Of a stretch of 56,496 nt of DNA, positions 29,344 through 38,470 are shown piece by piece. This DNA is from a virus (taxonomy: Duplodnaviria > Caudoviricetes). Location: IMG/VR virus record IMGVR_UViG_3300027782_000104, positions 1 to 56,496 of that record, one strand, 5' to 3'. The position numbers and the translations under genes were made by a program. The notes beneath the pieces are model-generated. The model was not told where the DNA came from. It saw nothing but the letters and a program-made list of their open reading frames with translations, and did not search any database. Numbering within the stretch: position 1 is the stretch's first letter; each line of letters starts with the position of its first letter.

Positions 29344-30249
29344 TCAATCGTCATCCTCAGCCAGTTTGTTGAAGAAATCCAAGTCGTCATCGTCTGCTGC
29401 CTTCATAGGCTTAGCTGGCGTTGTCTTACCTACTGCAGGCGCTGCTACGGGGCGAGCAGTAGGACGTTCAAAAGGGATTTCGTCTTCCTCAATCTTACGA
29501 GAATTAGGCTCAGATAACACCTTATCCAAACGAGCCTTAAGATCAGCATAAGACTTGAACTTATCCGGGGCAACCAACTCAGCGAGTGAGTACTCACCTT
29601 TCCAGATAGCTTCCATGTTATCGTCATCGTCAGACAGCGGAGCAGACTCGGAGAACTCGCTCTTATCGTAGTTACGATAACCTTCAACCTTGCGAATCTT
29701 GAGCTTGAAATCAGCTCCGTTCCACAGGTCAAAAGGATTCATGGGAGTCTCATCCTCGAACTGAGGATTCATCTTTTCATTGATCTTATCGAAAATTTTC
29801 TTACCGAACTTATACAGGAACACCTTGCCTTCGTTCTCAGGATGAGCAGGATCCTTGACAACGTAGATATTGGCGATATAAGTCAAACGACGCTTACGCT
29901 GACGTACGATTTCCTTATCCTTGTCATTACCTGAGTTCCAAAGCTTGGAATTCATTTCAGATACAGGATCGGGTTGATTAAGAGTAGTAAGAGAGTTTTC
30001 GATATACCATCCGCCTGGACCCTGAAATCCATGATTCCAAAGACGAACCCATGGGAGTTCTTCGTTCTGGGGAGCAGGGAGGAAACGAATAACAGCATAG
30101 CCGTTACCGACCTTATCAACTTCAGGTTGCCAGAAACGATCGTCTTCGTTCGACGCAGTTTCCTTATTAGCAAGCTTGTTGATTTCTTTGGTCAAACGCT
30201 CGAGAGAAGAAGTGCGCTGACGCTTTAGAGCAGAAAAAGATTCATTCAT
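29344..30249 (-). CDS. gp32: Single-stranded DNA-binding protein gp32
   Basis: DDRFWQPEVDKVGNGYAVIRFLPAP, HGFQGPGGWYIENSLTT, YKFGKKIFDKI, YRNYDKSEF, acidic C-terminus. Confidence 0.97.
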   Translation of the reverse strand: MNESFSALKRQRTSSLERLTKEINKLANKETASNEDDRFWQPEVDKVGNGYAVIRFLPAPQNEELPWVRLWNHGFQGPGGWYIENSLTTLNQPDPVSEMNSKLWNSGNDKDKEIVRQRKRRLTYIANIYVVKDPAHPENEGKVFLYKFGKKIFDKINEKMNPQFEDETPMNPFDLWNGADFKLKIRKVEGYRNYDKSEFSESAPLSDDDDNMEAIWKGEYSLAELVAPDKFKSYADLKARLDKVLSEPNSRKIEEDEIPFERPTARPVAAPAVGKTTPAKPMKAADDDDLDFFNKLAEDDD

Positions 30250-30302
30250 TGTATGTCTCCGTATTTGTTGTATATGTGTATAACTGTCTTATCCACTTGA
30301 TC

Positions 30303-30331
30303 ATAGTATATCATTATATAGTCATCGTCAA
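30303..30331 (-). promoter_or_regulatory. sigma70-type promoter of gp32
   Basis: TTGACG-17-TACTAT. Confidence 0.65.
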
Positions 30332-30921
30332 GAAAGAAAAACGCTCTTCATGACTTTTTTTATCACTTCACGGTCAATGCGAACAAAAGGCCTGTACTTA
30401 GATAGTTGACGATACACCTCAGGCCATATGATAGGATCGTCAATTAATGCGTTCCACTTTTCGAGCATATCGCCAGTAAATACGTCGAACGCAATAATAG
30501 TTTCTGCTTTGATTTTCCCACCCAGATACATTTTCATTAGAGCAGGATGGGTATCAACGCATGTCATGCACTGTTTCCAGTCGCCATTGTCTCTTATATA
30601 TTCTAGGTCTTGCTTGAGATGATATGAAAAAGTTTCCATACGACCTTTCCAGGCATTGTAGACTTTCTCGGACTCAGGACCAGACATTTCACCGACCCAA
30701 CGAACGCCAGCTTGTGAAACGAAATTCGCTACAAAGAAATCAGTCAGCTCGTTATCATCGTACTTGCGCTCGAGCTTGCGAAACAGAAACTGATCTTTGC
30801 GCTTTAGAAATGACTCATCAGATATCTTGCGGACCTTGCCGCCGTACTTGATAAAGTCGTAGTCGCTAGTGAAATGGAGCTTGAGTGCTTGGTATTTTTG
30901 GTAGGCTTTAATTCCTTCCAA
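30328..30921 (-). CDS. gp59: Helicase loader gp59
   Basis: Y..Y.ALKLHFT.DYDF.KYGGK...F.KRKD...F.KL, FFVANF, ET...D, KY.PF. Confidence 0.92.
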   Translation of the reverse strand: MEGIKAYQKYQALKLHFTSDYDFIKYGGKVRKISDESFLKRKDQFLFRKLERKYDDNELTDFFVANFVSQAGVRWVGEMSGPESEKVYNAWKGRMETFSYHLKQDLEYIRDNGDWKQCMTCVDTHPALMKMYLGGKIKAETIIAFDVFTGDMLEKWNALIDDPIIWPEVYRQLSKYRPFVRIDREVIKKVMKSVFLS

Positions 30922-31912
30922 CGACCCAACCTCTTTCTTGCATTCTGGTGATTCTATATGGTTTCACGAGCTCCATGACACCAGACTGATTGGAACGGAT
31001 TTCTTTCTTCATGATAGTATCATACACATCACGACTGATATAGAGCTTATCATCCCAAGGCGTATACGAAACGCAACAATGCACCATATCAAAATGTTCT
31101 ACGAGCTTTTGTCTAGTAGGATACTTGGTCGTGATGAACTGCAACTTAGTGATCGTATCGAACGCAGTATATTCGATGCTATCATTATCCATATAGTTTG
31201 AGCTGCCTTCCTTGATGATTTCGCTGGAAGGATTCTTAAACTTGACTTGCTGAATATGCGTATGAACCATATCCTTAGTTTTTTTATCGTTGAGAATAAA
31301 CACGTCGATATCGCGTGGAGTATCACCATGAAATAGCGAAGTCCAGCAACCACCAGCGATAACAATATGCTTACTGTACATAAGCTCGCTAGGAATATAC
31401 ATCCAGTATTTTTGCTTAAGATTTTGCTTAGCAGTAGTGATAAGAGCTTGCTCGTAAGGACCAAACGTCTTATCGCGAGCTAAGATTTCTTCATCACTCA
31501 GAGGAGTATAACCGACATGACCAGTAGAACTGATCATAGGAGAATATGTTGTTTGTATAGTTCCTGAACCACCACTACCACCACCCCAACCTGCGCCTTG
31601 AGCGCCTGGAAAAACTATGCCACCTATCCCAGGATTAGCCGCTTCTCTAATGATATCGCCAAGTTTGTCAATAGGTACTGCCATGATATTACTGATAGCC
31701 TCTAATATAACTTCGTAGGGATCTTTTGCGTCTTCTAGTGCATATCTAGTTATTCTTTGTGCATTTTTATTATCTGTATTGACGATAGTTAAATCATCGG
31801 TCAAAGGACTAGTCGCAAACACAATGTTGGGAAGTTTAAGGCTTCGAATAAACTGCCCAAGATCGCGCATCGTTGTGTAGCTGTTTTTTCCGGTAACGTA
31901 TGTTATAGCCAT
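30908..31912 (-). CDS. Hypothetical protein with C-terminal nucleotidyltransferase-like domain
   Basis: IAGGC.TSL....PRDIDVF (GG..DxD), LQFI, FDMVHC, R..RM..RGW. Confidence 0.6.
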   Translation of the reverse strand: MAITYVTGKNSYTTMRDLGQFIRSLKLPNIVFATSPLTDDLTIVNTDNKNAQRITRYALEDAKDPYEVILEAISNIMAVPIDKLGDIIREAANPGIGGIVFPGAQGAGWGGGSGGSGTIQTTYSPMISSTGHVGYTPLSDEEILARDKTFGPYEQALITTAKQNLKQKYWMYIPSELMYSKHIVIAGGCWTSLFHGDTPRDIDVFILNDKKTKDMVHTHIQQVKFKNPSSEIIKEGSSNYMDNDSIEYTAFDTITKLQFITTKYPTRQKLVEHFDMVHCCVSYTPWDDKLYISRDVYDTIMKKEIRSNQSGVMELVKPYRITRMQERGWVVGRN

Positions 31913-32151
31913 TAGATTGGTAACCGTGATCCAGTGCGTTTCAGAAGATTAAGAGTAGTCGCTTCTGCTGCGAGTAACTTACGCATAGAAGGAGTCATTA
32001 GCTTGGAGACGTTTTCGAACTCCAAACCAGTCTTTTCACAGACATCAGTAATCGCTTCGAGATAGCTCATACCTTGTTCGCCGATACGATTTTCAACTAA
32101 TGAAATGAAGGTGTTCGCGCTCATCACGCTCGCGACTACTGTTTCTGTCAC
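31912..32151 (-). CDS. gp33: Late transcription coactivator gp33
   Basis: F...VE....MSYLEAI..VCE...E.E.V.KL....L..EA..LNLL......LPI. Confidence 0.88.
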   Translation of the reverse strand: MTETVVASVMSANTFISLVENRIGEQGMSYLEAITDVCEKTGLEFENVSKLMTPSMRKLLAAEATTLNLLKRTGSRLPI

Positions 32152-32744
32152 TTGTTATATCCCTCAGGCATATGTGAAAGTCCGTATGCTTGAATCTGTT
32201 CGGGAGTACGATCGCAGCCACGACACTTATTAGTCATTGGGTCGATATCGCACACATTGCAGCAAGGGGATACAGATGAAACAGTATAAGCATAAGTCTT
32301 TAAGTCTGGATAATTGATATTTTCCAAACCCGTAGTGTTCATAGTGACTTGACCACTCATAGAATTAAGCTTTTCGATTGTTGTGGATGGTGTAGTTGTT
32401 CTACCGCCGACGCTCTTGCGAACGATATCTTCGCTCAGAGGTTCGGGATAGTAGAGTTCTAATGCGACACAATCATCGACGCAGTTGAACCAATGAAACT
32501 CGCCAGGAGAAACACTAGTAAAGTCACCTGCTCTGAGAGTAGTGACATCAGTGAGCTCGTAGTTATTTTTTCGTACATGGATTTCCAAAGTTCCTGAGAT
32601 GACGTAGAATCCGTTCCATTTGTGTACATGCTTATGCTCCGAACACTTGTAGCCAGCCTTGATATTGATCTTGTGAAGTTCGACAAGTGGATTCTGAATG
32701 ATTACGCTGGTGTCGCCCCAGACTTTTCCGGTGATATTTCCCAT
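32148..32744 (-). CDS. Cupin-domain protein fused to a DUF1289-like Cys motif
   Basis: GKVWG..CSEHKH.HKWNGFYVISG..PGEFHWF (cupin); C-terminal SPCCNVC.IDP...C.GC.RT.EQI. Confidence 0.7.
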   Translation of the reverse strand: MGNITGKVWGDTSVIIQNPLVELHKINIKAGYKCSEHKHVHKWNGFYVISGTLEIHVRKNNYELTDVTTLRAGDFTSVSPGEFHWFNCVDDCVALELYYPEPLSEDIVRKSVGGRTTTPSTTIEKLNSMSGQVTMNTTGLENINYPDLKTYAYTVSSVSPCCNVCDIDPMTNKCRGCDRTPEQIQAYGLSHMPEGYNK

Positions 32745-33586
32745 GCCTTTTCCGCCTTTCTCATGCTCAATTTGTATTTAACAACGCTATCCAACTCTAC
32801 TAAATCATATACTAATTTGTAGAAGTCGTCAAGATAAATCATGTTGAATCCATCACTAGGCGCAGTACGAGGAGCCTGATGCACTTCGAGGAATACAGCT
32901 GATACGCCAACAGCAACAGCAGCGCGAGCCATAAGAGGAACATACTTACTTTCGCCAGCAGAACTAGTCCCGTGTGCGCCTGGGAGCTGGACCGCATGCG
33001 TACAGTCCATGATAACGCTGTTAGTATATTGCTTCATGATATCCAGCGAACGGAAATCGACTACGAGATTGTTGTAGCCAAATGTTGTTCCACGCTCAGT
33101 GAATAGATATTTGTCACAACCGAACTTGCGCAGTTTCTCGGCAACATTACGCATTTCCCACGGGGATAGGAACTGACCTTTCTTCACGTTGACTGGCTTA
33201 CCTGTTTCTGCAGCCGCCGCAAGAAGGTCAGTCTGACGACAAAGGAACGCAGGAATCTGAAGAATGTCAGCATTCGTAGCGCCACATTGCCAGGGTTCGT
33301 GAACGTCCGTGAGAACCTCGATTCCTCGAGCACGGACGGCCTCCATTCCGTAAAACGCCTCGTCGAAGCCGCCACCTCTATTACTATCCGCGGAACTTCG
33401 ATTCGCTTTATCGAAAGAGGTCTTATAGATAAAGTTGATCTCACGACCAAAATCATCTCCAATACGTTTACAATCAGCCTTTAAATGCTCTGCCATCATA
33501 ATAGCATGTTCTGTAGTTTCAAATGCACAAGGACCAGCAATGATACTTAGCGGCTTATCGTTATGACAGTTTTCATAGAAACTCAT
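32702..33586 (-). CDS. kdsA: KDO-8-phosphate synthase
   Basis: IAGPC, K.SFDKANRSS, QIPAFLCRQTDLL, NVKKGQF, ERGTTFGYNNLVVD, D.THAVQ, F.EVH, SDG. Confidence 0.95.
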   Translation of the reverse strand: MSFYENCHNDKPLSIIAGPCAFETTEHAIMMAEHLKADCKRIGDDFGREINFIYKTSFDKANRSSADSNRGGGFDEAFYGMEAVRARGIEVLTDVHEPWQCGATNADILQIPAFLCRQTDLLAAAAETGKPVNVKKGQFLSPWEMRNVAEKLRKFGCDKYLFTERGTTFGYNNLVVDFRSLDIMKQYTNSVIMDCTHAVQLPGAHGTSSAGESKYVPLMARAAVAVGVSAVFLEVHQAPRTAPSDGFNMIYLDDFYKLVYDLVELDSVVKYKLSMRKAEKAWEISPEKSGATPA

Positions 33587-33589
33587 TTT

Positions 33590-34264
33590 TTAATCCCACA
33601 GTGCGCGATAATATCTACCGAAAAGCTTAAAGGCGTTTACCTTACGCTTATCAAACTTAGCATTCTCTTCGTGATACTTTTCCCAAGAAGCACGATTTTC
33701 TGGCGACTCATCAAACGGAACACCTTCCATTATCTTACGAGTATATGCACTAGGGCTTTCTGGTGCATCAGGGTCTTCGTTTGCTTCCTGATAAAACGCC
33801 CAAATCATTTCGTCAAGAATCCAATCCCAACGAGCTTCGTGTAGACTATCTGTGCCGCCATAGTTCTTTTCTTCTTCAGTCAAAGGCGGTGCAGCAGTAG
33901 AGCGCAAATGCTCAGGTACATCTTCATCGTCAACCCAAGGCGAACCATGCTTAGTCGCCTTCATCTGAACGAGCATAGGGTGAATGATAAGCGATAGTGT
34001 ATGATCCATTGACCACGTATCATAGTTGTCAATACGAATCTTAACTTTGCGCTTTTTCTTCGACTCAATCCAGTTGCAAAAATTGCAAAGCCAATTGACT
34101 TCAGACAACCAATCACCAAACTTATCGTGAGCTTTATAATCCCAGCGCTCAAGACGAGGATCATTATCATCAAAGATACCGCGACGATCAATCCAAAAGA
34201 AAATCTTATCAGCGATCTGATATGGACCAACCCAGTTTCTGTAGGGACCAATATGAATTTTCAT
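33590..34264 (-). CDS. Conserved phage hypothetical protein
   Basis: 224 aa. DTWSMDHTL..II.PML.Q, HGSP.VDDEDVP..LR, RWDWILDEMIWAF, LFG.YY..LWD. Confidence 0.8.
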   Translation of the reverse strand: MKIHIGPYRNWVGPYQIADKIFFWIDRRGIFDDNDPRLERWDYKAHDKFGDWLSEVNWLCNFCNWIESKKKRKVKIRIDNYDTWSMDHTLSLIIHPMLVQMKATKHGSPWVDDEDVPEHLRSTAAPPLTEEEKNYGGTDSLHEARWDWILDEMIWAFYQEANEDPDAPESPSAYTRKIMEGVPFDESPENRASWEKYHEENAKFDKRKVNAFKLFGRYYRALWD

Positions 34265-34267
34265 GTA

Positions 34268-34483
34268 TCACCAGTTCTCGTAATCAGTAATGTCTTTCCA
34301 GAGACCTTCGCCTTCAGCAGTTTCAATTTCTGCGCGAAGACAAAAGCCGATACCTGTGCTTCCGCCGATAAGAGTAATCTTGTGAGGCTGAGGGTCCATA
34401 GGCTTGATCCACTCAGTCAAAGATTCTAACTCTTTAGGACTAATCATTAGTTGATACTTACGTTCCACGCGATCCTCATCCAT
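34268..34483 (-). CDS. Hypothetical protein
   Basis: Start moved to the ATG downstream of the tRNA; ends EGLWKDITDYENW. Confidence 0.65.
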   Translation of the reverse strand: MDEDRVERKYQLMISPKELESLTEWIKPMDPQPHKITLIGGSTGIGFCLRAEIETAEGEGLWKDITDYENW

Positions 34484-34498
34484 ATCATGCTCCAAAGT

Positions 34499-34574
34499 TG
34501 GCTCGGGGTGATGGGCTCGAACCACCAACACGCAGATTCAAAGTCTGCTGTTCTACCAATTGAACTAACCCCGA
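34499..34574 (-). tRNA. tRNA-Gln(UUG)
   Basis: Cloverleaf TCGGGGT/ACCCCGA acceptor stem, AGTTCAATTGGTAGAAC D-arm, GCAGA-CTTTGAA-TCTGC anticodon arm, GGTTCGAG T-loop, encoded CCA. Confidence 0.95.
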
Positions 34575-34578
34575 ATAA

Positions 34579-34809
34579 TCACTTGTTCATATGTTCCGTA
34601 AGCAGTTGAGTAACAGTTTTAACAGTTGGATCAGCTGGTTCATCAACGAACGCCATGAGCTGTTTAGCCTTAGTGATAACTGAATCCACATCTGGATACT
34701 TGCGTTTTGCGTCGCGCTTAACTTCCTGCGCGAAAAGATATTCCTGGTCGCACATAGTCTGTGCCATCTGAAGAACTTGGAAACGAAGCTGCTTATCATT
34801 ATCGGTCAT
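34579..34809 (-). CDS. Hypothetical protein
   Basis: 76 aa with GAGG SD; LR..VL.MA...YP....VI.KA..L..FV. Confidence 0.75.
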   Translation of the reverse strand: MTDNDKQLRFQVLQMAQTMCDQEYLFAQEVKRDAKRKYPDVDSVITKAKQLMAFVDEPADPTVKTVTQLLTEHMNK

Positions 34810-34817
34810 AATTTACC

Positions 34818-35351
34818 TCAAGGATTATTAGGTGATTTAGGTACATCAAACACAAACGTGATACGGTCAACGTCTGCTATATTTTGCGCCGAATGAACCT
34901 TCTTATTATCGAACCAAAAAAAAGTCCCTGGAGTAATAATATGCTCTTCGCCGTCTACTTCATAAAGATATTCACCTTGCAAAGCGAAATGATATCGGTC
35001 TCGCGTAAGATAGTATTTTCCGTCATCAGTGTGACTTCCCATAGAACCACCGACTTCTAATCTAAAGAAAGCTGCTCGAGAAATCTTTGTGATATTCTTA
35101 GATATAAGCCAATTACGGATTTCAGTGTATTTATGGTACAAAGGCGTGAACTGTTGCAGTTCTGTGTCTTTAGGATTATCTCCAGCTGATTGTACTACAG
35201 CCATAACAAGAGGAAGAAATCCATATGGTTTTAAATTTCCTGCGATGTTATCGTAGGTTGATACTTCGTTCCAGTCGTCTGGATTATCTAACACCTGCTG
35301 AAGAACAAGTTGATATGGTTCATTACGCCCAAGAAATCTGAAATTCGACAT
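34818..35351 (-). CDS. 2OG-Fe(II) oxygenase, Asp/Asn beta-hydroxylase-like
   Basis: R..F.RL..GG....HTD.G.YY...DRYH..L.G, G.F.WFDNK..HSA.N..D.DRI...FD. Start moved to 35351, outside the tmRNA. Confidence 0.82.
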   Translation of the reverse strand: MSNFRFLGRNEPYQLVLQQVLDNPDDWNEVSTYDNIAGNLKPYGFLPLVMAVVQSAGDNPKDTELQQFTPLYHKYTEIRNWLISKNITKISRAAFFRLEVGGSMGSHTDDGKYYLTRDRYHFALQGEYLYEVDGEEHIITPGTFFWFDNKKVHSAQNIADVDRITFVFDVPKSPNNP

Positions 35352-35367
35352 GATATATCCTATGAAA

Positions 35368-35680
35368 AAGTGAGGGGATTCTGTTTCCAAGCTCCCCCCG
35401 AGCTCATACTTACGCCGCTAGTGCGTAAGAGATAGGTGCATTGTCGTTTGCATCTAGAACGTCGCTTTGGTCTACTCGTACCTTTATCATCAATAATCGA
35501 GCCTATTTCGCCCCCATCAAAGATACACCGGAAAATCCAACGTGCTGGCGGATTTTTATGGGATAGCCAGCACCCTCGTAGCCTAACGAAGTTAGAAACC
35601 CAACCGATGTATCCGTGGTGGAGGCGTCGGGTACTGCCCCCGAGTCTTACTGACTTATTCCGAACGCCTCAACAACCTTA
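35368..35680 (-). ncRNA. ssrA: Circularly permuted two-piece tmRNA
   Basis: Minus-strand order: T-arm/acceptor GACTCGGGGGCAGTACCCGACGCCTCCACCA (ends 35616); ~100 nt intervening segment; 5' acceptor GGGGGCGAAATAGG (starts 35515, G3-U70 pair); tag frame ANDNAPISYALAA* (35451-35410). Outer ends approximate. Confidence 0.92.
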
Positions 35681-35685
35681 GCGTA

Positions 35686-35820
35686 TTATTTATAATACCA
35701 CTTTACAGGTGGATTGTCAAGAAGGAATTTCCTAGCCTGAGTCTCAGACCAGTTATTGATACAGATATGTCGCGGACAATCCCAATAGATAAAAGTCCAC
35801 GAGCTATAATGCTCACTCAT
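35686..35820 (-). CDS. Small hypothetical protein (44 aa)
   Basis: Manual translation MSEHYSSWTFIYWDCPRH...VKWYYK*; overlaps the upstream stop and fills the gap. Confidence 0.45.
   Translation of the reverse strand: MSEHYSSWTFIYWDCPRHICINNWSETQARKFLLDNPPVKWYYK
35687..35720 (-). promoter_or_regulatory. Overlapping sigma70 and T4 late promoters for the tmRNA
   Basis: TTGACA-17-TATTAT (35720-35692) overlapping TATAAATA (35694-35687). Confidence 0.75.
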
Positions 35821-35995
35821 CTATATTCCTAGTCTGCCAATCAGGCACGAAATCTAGCCAATCTTCTGCTCTTTCTGGATAAGCGCGAAGGAACAAAATA
35901 ACTCTATGAACGAAATACTTGGTATTATATTTAGGATCAGTCATGATTTCCATATCACGAGTGATCCTATCTTGCTTATCGCTCCACTCGCTCAT
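35813..35995 (-). CDS. Hypothetical protein
   Basis: 60 aa, ATGA-coupled to the exonuclease, GGAG SD. Confidence 0.65.
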   Translation of the reverse strand: MSEWSDKQDRITRDMEIMTDPKYNTKYFVHRVILFLRAYPERAEDWLDFVPDWQTRNIDE

Positions 35996-36687
35996 GCTAT
36001 CTCCATTAAGGCTTTACGAACTCGATACTCGTGATCGTCGCGCACGCGAATGAGATCAGCCACGTAGTCGTTTCTCTCGCCATGAAAAGCCTGAAACTCT
36101 GCGTCTTCTGTCACCATAAGGATAACGAAATTTGGCGTTCTGATGCCAGTGTGCTCTTCGAACATGATTGAATAAGCCGTGGCTTGTAGGAAATAATCCT
36201 TGATCATGTCGCGAGTTTTCATCCGCGTGGCTGTCTTAAAATCGACTACGGTGACTTCACCGTTCCACTCACAGATTAAGTCTGCTGTCCCCGCGAGCCT
36301 GAGAATATCTGAGAACATTGGCGTTTCAGACGCATAGACAAGTTGCAGATTTTCGTCAATACACTTTTGAACAGGACGAAAGTATGAGAGCGTCGTAGGT
36401 AGTATTTTTCTTGCATCTATTTCATCTCCGAGAATATATTTTTCCATGAGATTATGAAGAGCGGTCCCCCTACTAGCGGCTTGTCTGCTTATCTTGTTAG
36501 CTTGTTCTTCGCCAACACGAGCTCGCCACTCAGCAAGAGATTTCTTCTTCTCTGGTTGAGAACCAAGGACGGTTGTTATTGATGGATATATGTTACCATC
36601 GGGGGTCGAATAACGACGCCCCAATGATGTGTTGATTTGATGAGCTTTTGGTAAATCAATGTGAGGACTAAATTCAAACTTTTTCAT
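35992..36687 (-). CDS. PD-(D/E)XK exonuclease
   Basis: R.Y.TPDG..YPSITTVL, W..RVGEE.AN, RGT.LH...E, AGTADL, VDFKT, YFLQ..AY..M.EE.TG. Confidence 0.88.
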   Translation of the reverse strand: MKKFEFSPHIDLPKAHQINTSLGRRYSTPDGNIYPSITTVLGSQPEKKKSLAEWRARVGEEQANKISRQAASRGTALHNLMEKYILGDEIDARKILPTTLSYFRPVQKCIDENLQLVYASETPMFSDILRLAGTADLICEWNGEVTVVDFKTATRMKTRDMIKDYFLQATAYSIMFEEHTGIRTPNFVILMVTEDAEFQAFHGERNDYVADLIRVRDDHEYRVRKALMEIA

Positions 36688-36698
36688 GTTATTATATA

Positions 36699-37472
36699 TT
36701 ACGCAATAATGCCGCGTTCCTCAAGTTCTGTTCTTGTTATGATATAATCTTTAACAAACCCAGAACGAACGATATCATTTTTATCGAACTTGATGATATC
36801 GAAAGATTTCATTTCAGCCGCGACCTTGAGCAAAATATGCATTCCGCTGCCTTCACGAGTATAGTCCTTTTGCGTAAAGTCACCACAGAAAATGACACGA
36901 CATCCTTCACCCACTCGAGTCATTACCGTATGGATTTCGTGGTCGCTCATGTTCTGACACTCATCAATTATAATAATGTTGTCGCGAAATGTCAAGCCGC
37001 GTAGGAATGACGTTGTGTCAAATTGAATATAGCCGTTCTGCTTGAGCCAGTCGTAAGGCTTATCACAGACTTCTGATACGATCCCTTGATAAGGGCTTTC
37101 GTATACAGCAGCCTTATCCTTAGCGTTGCCAGGCAAGAATCCAATATCACGAGTTGGCACTACGCTGCGTAGGATAACGATTGGCTTGGGTGCGTCACCA
37201 TTAATCATAGCATTCAGTGACAACCACAGAGCAAGAAACGTCTTACCTGTTCCCGCGCATCCGTGAAGGATTAGATTTCTGTCGTTATGGAACGCATCAT
37301 ATGCGATACGTTGTGCTGCGGTCTTAGGGGATATACGACTCAGACTAGGAATCACGGGTTGTCGATGATTAGTCGGACCTCGTGTTCTCTTTTTTTGTTT
37401 TCGTTCTTTTCTCGTCAAATACTTACTTGCTTCGGCTTCAAGGAATGCTTCGTCTATGATTGCAGGCTTCAT
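36699..37472 (-). CDS. phoH: PhoH-family ATPase
   Basis: GCAGTGKTF, RS.VPTRDIGFLPG, SFLRG.TF, IIDECQN, TRVG, GDFTQ, DIVRSG.V. Confidence 0.95.
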   Translation of the reverse strand: MKPAIIDEAFLEAEASKYLTRKERKQKKRTRGPTNHRQPVIPSLSRISPKTAAQRIAYDAFHNDRNLILHGCAGTGKTFLALWLSLNAMINGDAPKPIVILRSVVPTRDIGFLPGNAKDKAAVYESPYQGIVSEVCDKPYDWLKQNGYIQFDTTSFLRGLTFRDNIIIIDECQNMSDHEIHTVMTRVGEGCRVIFCGDFTQKDYTREGSGMHILLKVAAEMKSFDIIKFDKNDIVRSGFVKDYIITRTELEERGIIA

Positions 37473-37540
37473 GTCTGCTCCGATTGTTATTGTTAATGGG
37501 AATCATAACGAAAGAGAACGAGTCTGTGTCGTAGTACCTC

Positions 37541-37774
37541 CTAGAATGTGTTGACAGTTGAGCGGGGATGTCGTTTCTTGATGGTTCTCAGAATATCTCT
37601 GAACCCCTGATCAGGTTTATTTTTGCTGGAAATGACGCCCGCTACGATTGGGGGAGCGCTGAGAACTTGACGCATATGCGGTTTTTCCGCTAAAAGAGTT
37701 TCTAGTGCAGACCAAGACATGAACTCGGTCGTCACTTCGCCAGTTTCTGTGTTTTCAAGATTATATGTTGGCAT
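37541..37774 (-). CDS. Conserved T4-like small protein (FmdB-like)
   Basis: MPTY..ENT.TGE....MS, P...Q....P, KPD.GF.D.L..IK..HP. CTAAATA late-like motif upstream. Confidence 0.7.
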   Translation of the reverse strand: MPTYNLENTETGEVTTEFMSWSALETLLAEKPHMRQVLSAPPIVAGVISSKNKPDQGFRDILRTIKKRHPRSTVNTF

Positions 37775-37786
37775 CTTATCCTTTAT

Positions 37787-38470
37787 TTAGCTATCGATGA
37801 TAACTTCACTGAGTGAGGGAAAATAGAAAAGAATATTAGTCCATGCCATCTGAGCAATCTCGCGATGTTCTTTCTGAGTCGACGGGTCCATTCTCACTTG
37901 GCAATAATGGATCCAACTGCGAAGGCTACCAGCCATATACATCCGACTAAGAATAAGTCCCTCAGGCAGTACAGCACGAGCTTGCTCCTTGGCAATTCCG
38001 TGTTCGATTGCCCATGTGTATGCTTCGGTTGCTGCAAGTCTAACAAGGTGTTGTTCTTTTTCCCAATCACTGGCAAGTTTTTCGTCGTTCGTTTCAACCG
38101 AGTTCTGTCGATTTTTTGTGTCTTGTAGACGGGCTTCACGGGTAACGAACCCCATGTCTTGTGTTGGATCTGCATAACGCTGACTAAACTCCTGAAAGCG
38201 GAATGAACGGTGACGCAGAATCTGTCGACCGATATCGCGTGTCGTACTAATTTCCATACAAACATCAACCATCTCGAACGGAGACCAGTGTTTATGCTTC
38301 GCGAGATATTTCAACAGTTTCGTAGCAGTCAGGTGATTATTTTGATTGCTAGGATTACTCACGCGAGCGACGTATGCGATGAACTCATCTACTGTTAGTT
38401 TCTGTGGACCACCTGGAGCGTCTGTCCAGATAGTAGGTTCACTTACAGCTACAGTCTTTACGGTTTGCAT
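37787..38470 (-). CDS. thyX: FAD-dependent thymidylate synthase
   Basis: ARVSNP.NQ, HWSPFEM, RQILRHRSF.FQEFSQRY, AKEQARAVLP, GSLRSW.HY, TQKEHR. Confidence 0.96.
   Translation of the reverse strand: MQTVKTVAVSEPTIWTDAPGGPQKLTVDEFIAYVARVSNPSNQNNHLTATKLLKYLAKHKHWSPFEMVDVCMEISTTRDIGRQILRHRSFRFQEFSQRYADPTQDMGFVTREARLQDTKNRQNSVETNDEKLASDWEKEQHLVRLAATEAYTWAIEHGIAKEQARAVLPEGLILSRMYMAGSLRSWIHYCQVRMDPSTQKEHREIAQMAWTNILFYFPSLSEVIIDS

Noticed and set aside
35436-35681. 81-aa + strand ORF
   Set aside because: Antisense to the tmRNA.
35992-36687. Cas4-like nuclease suggesting CRISPR
   Set aside because: Common T4-like PD-(D/E)XK exonuclease; no array or other cas genes.
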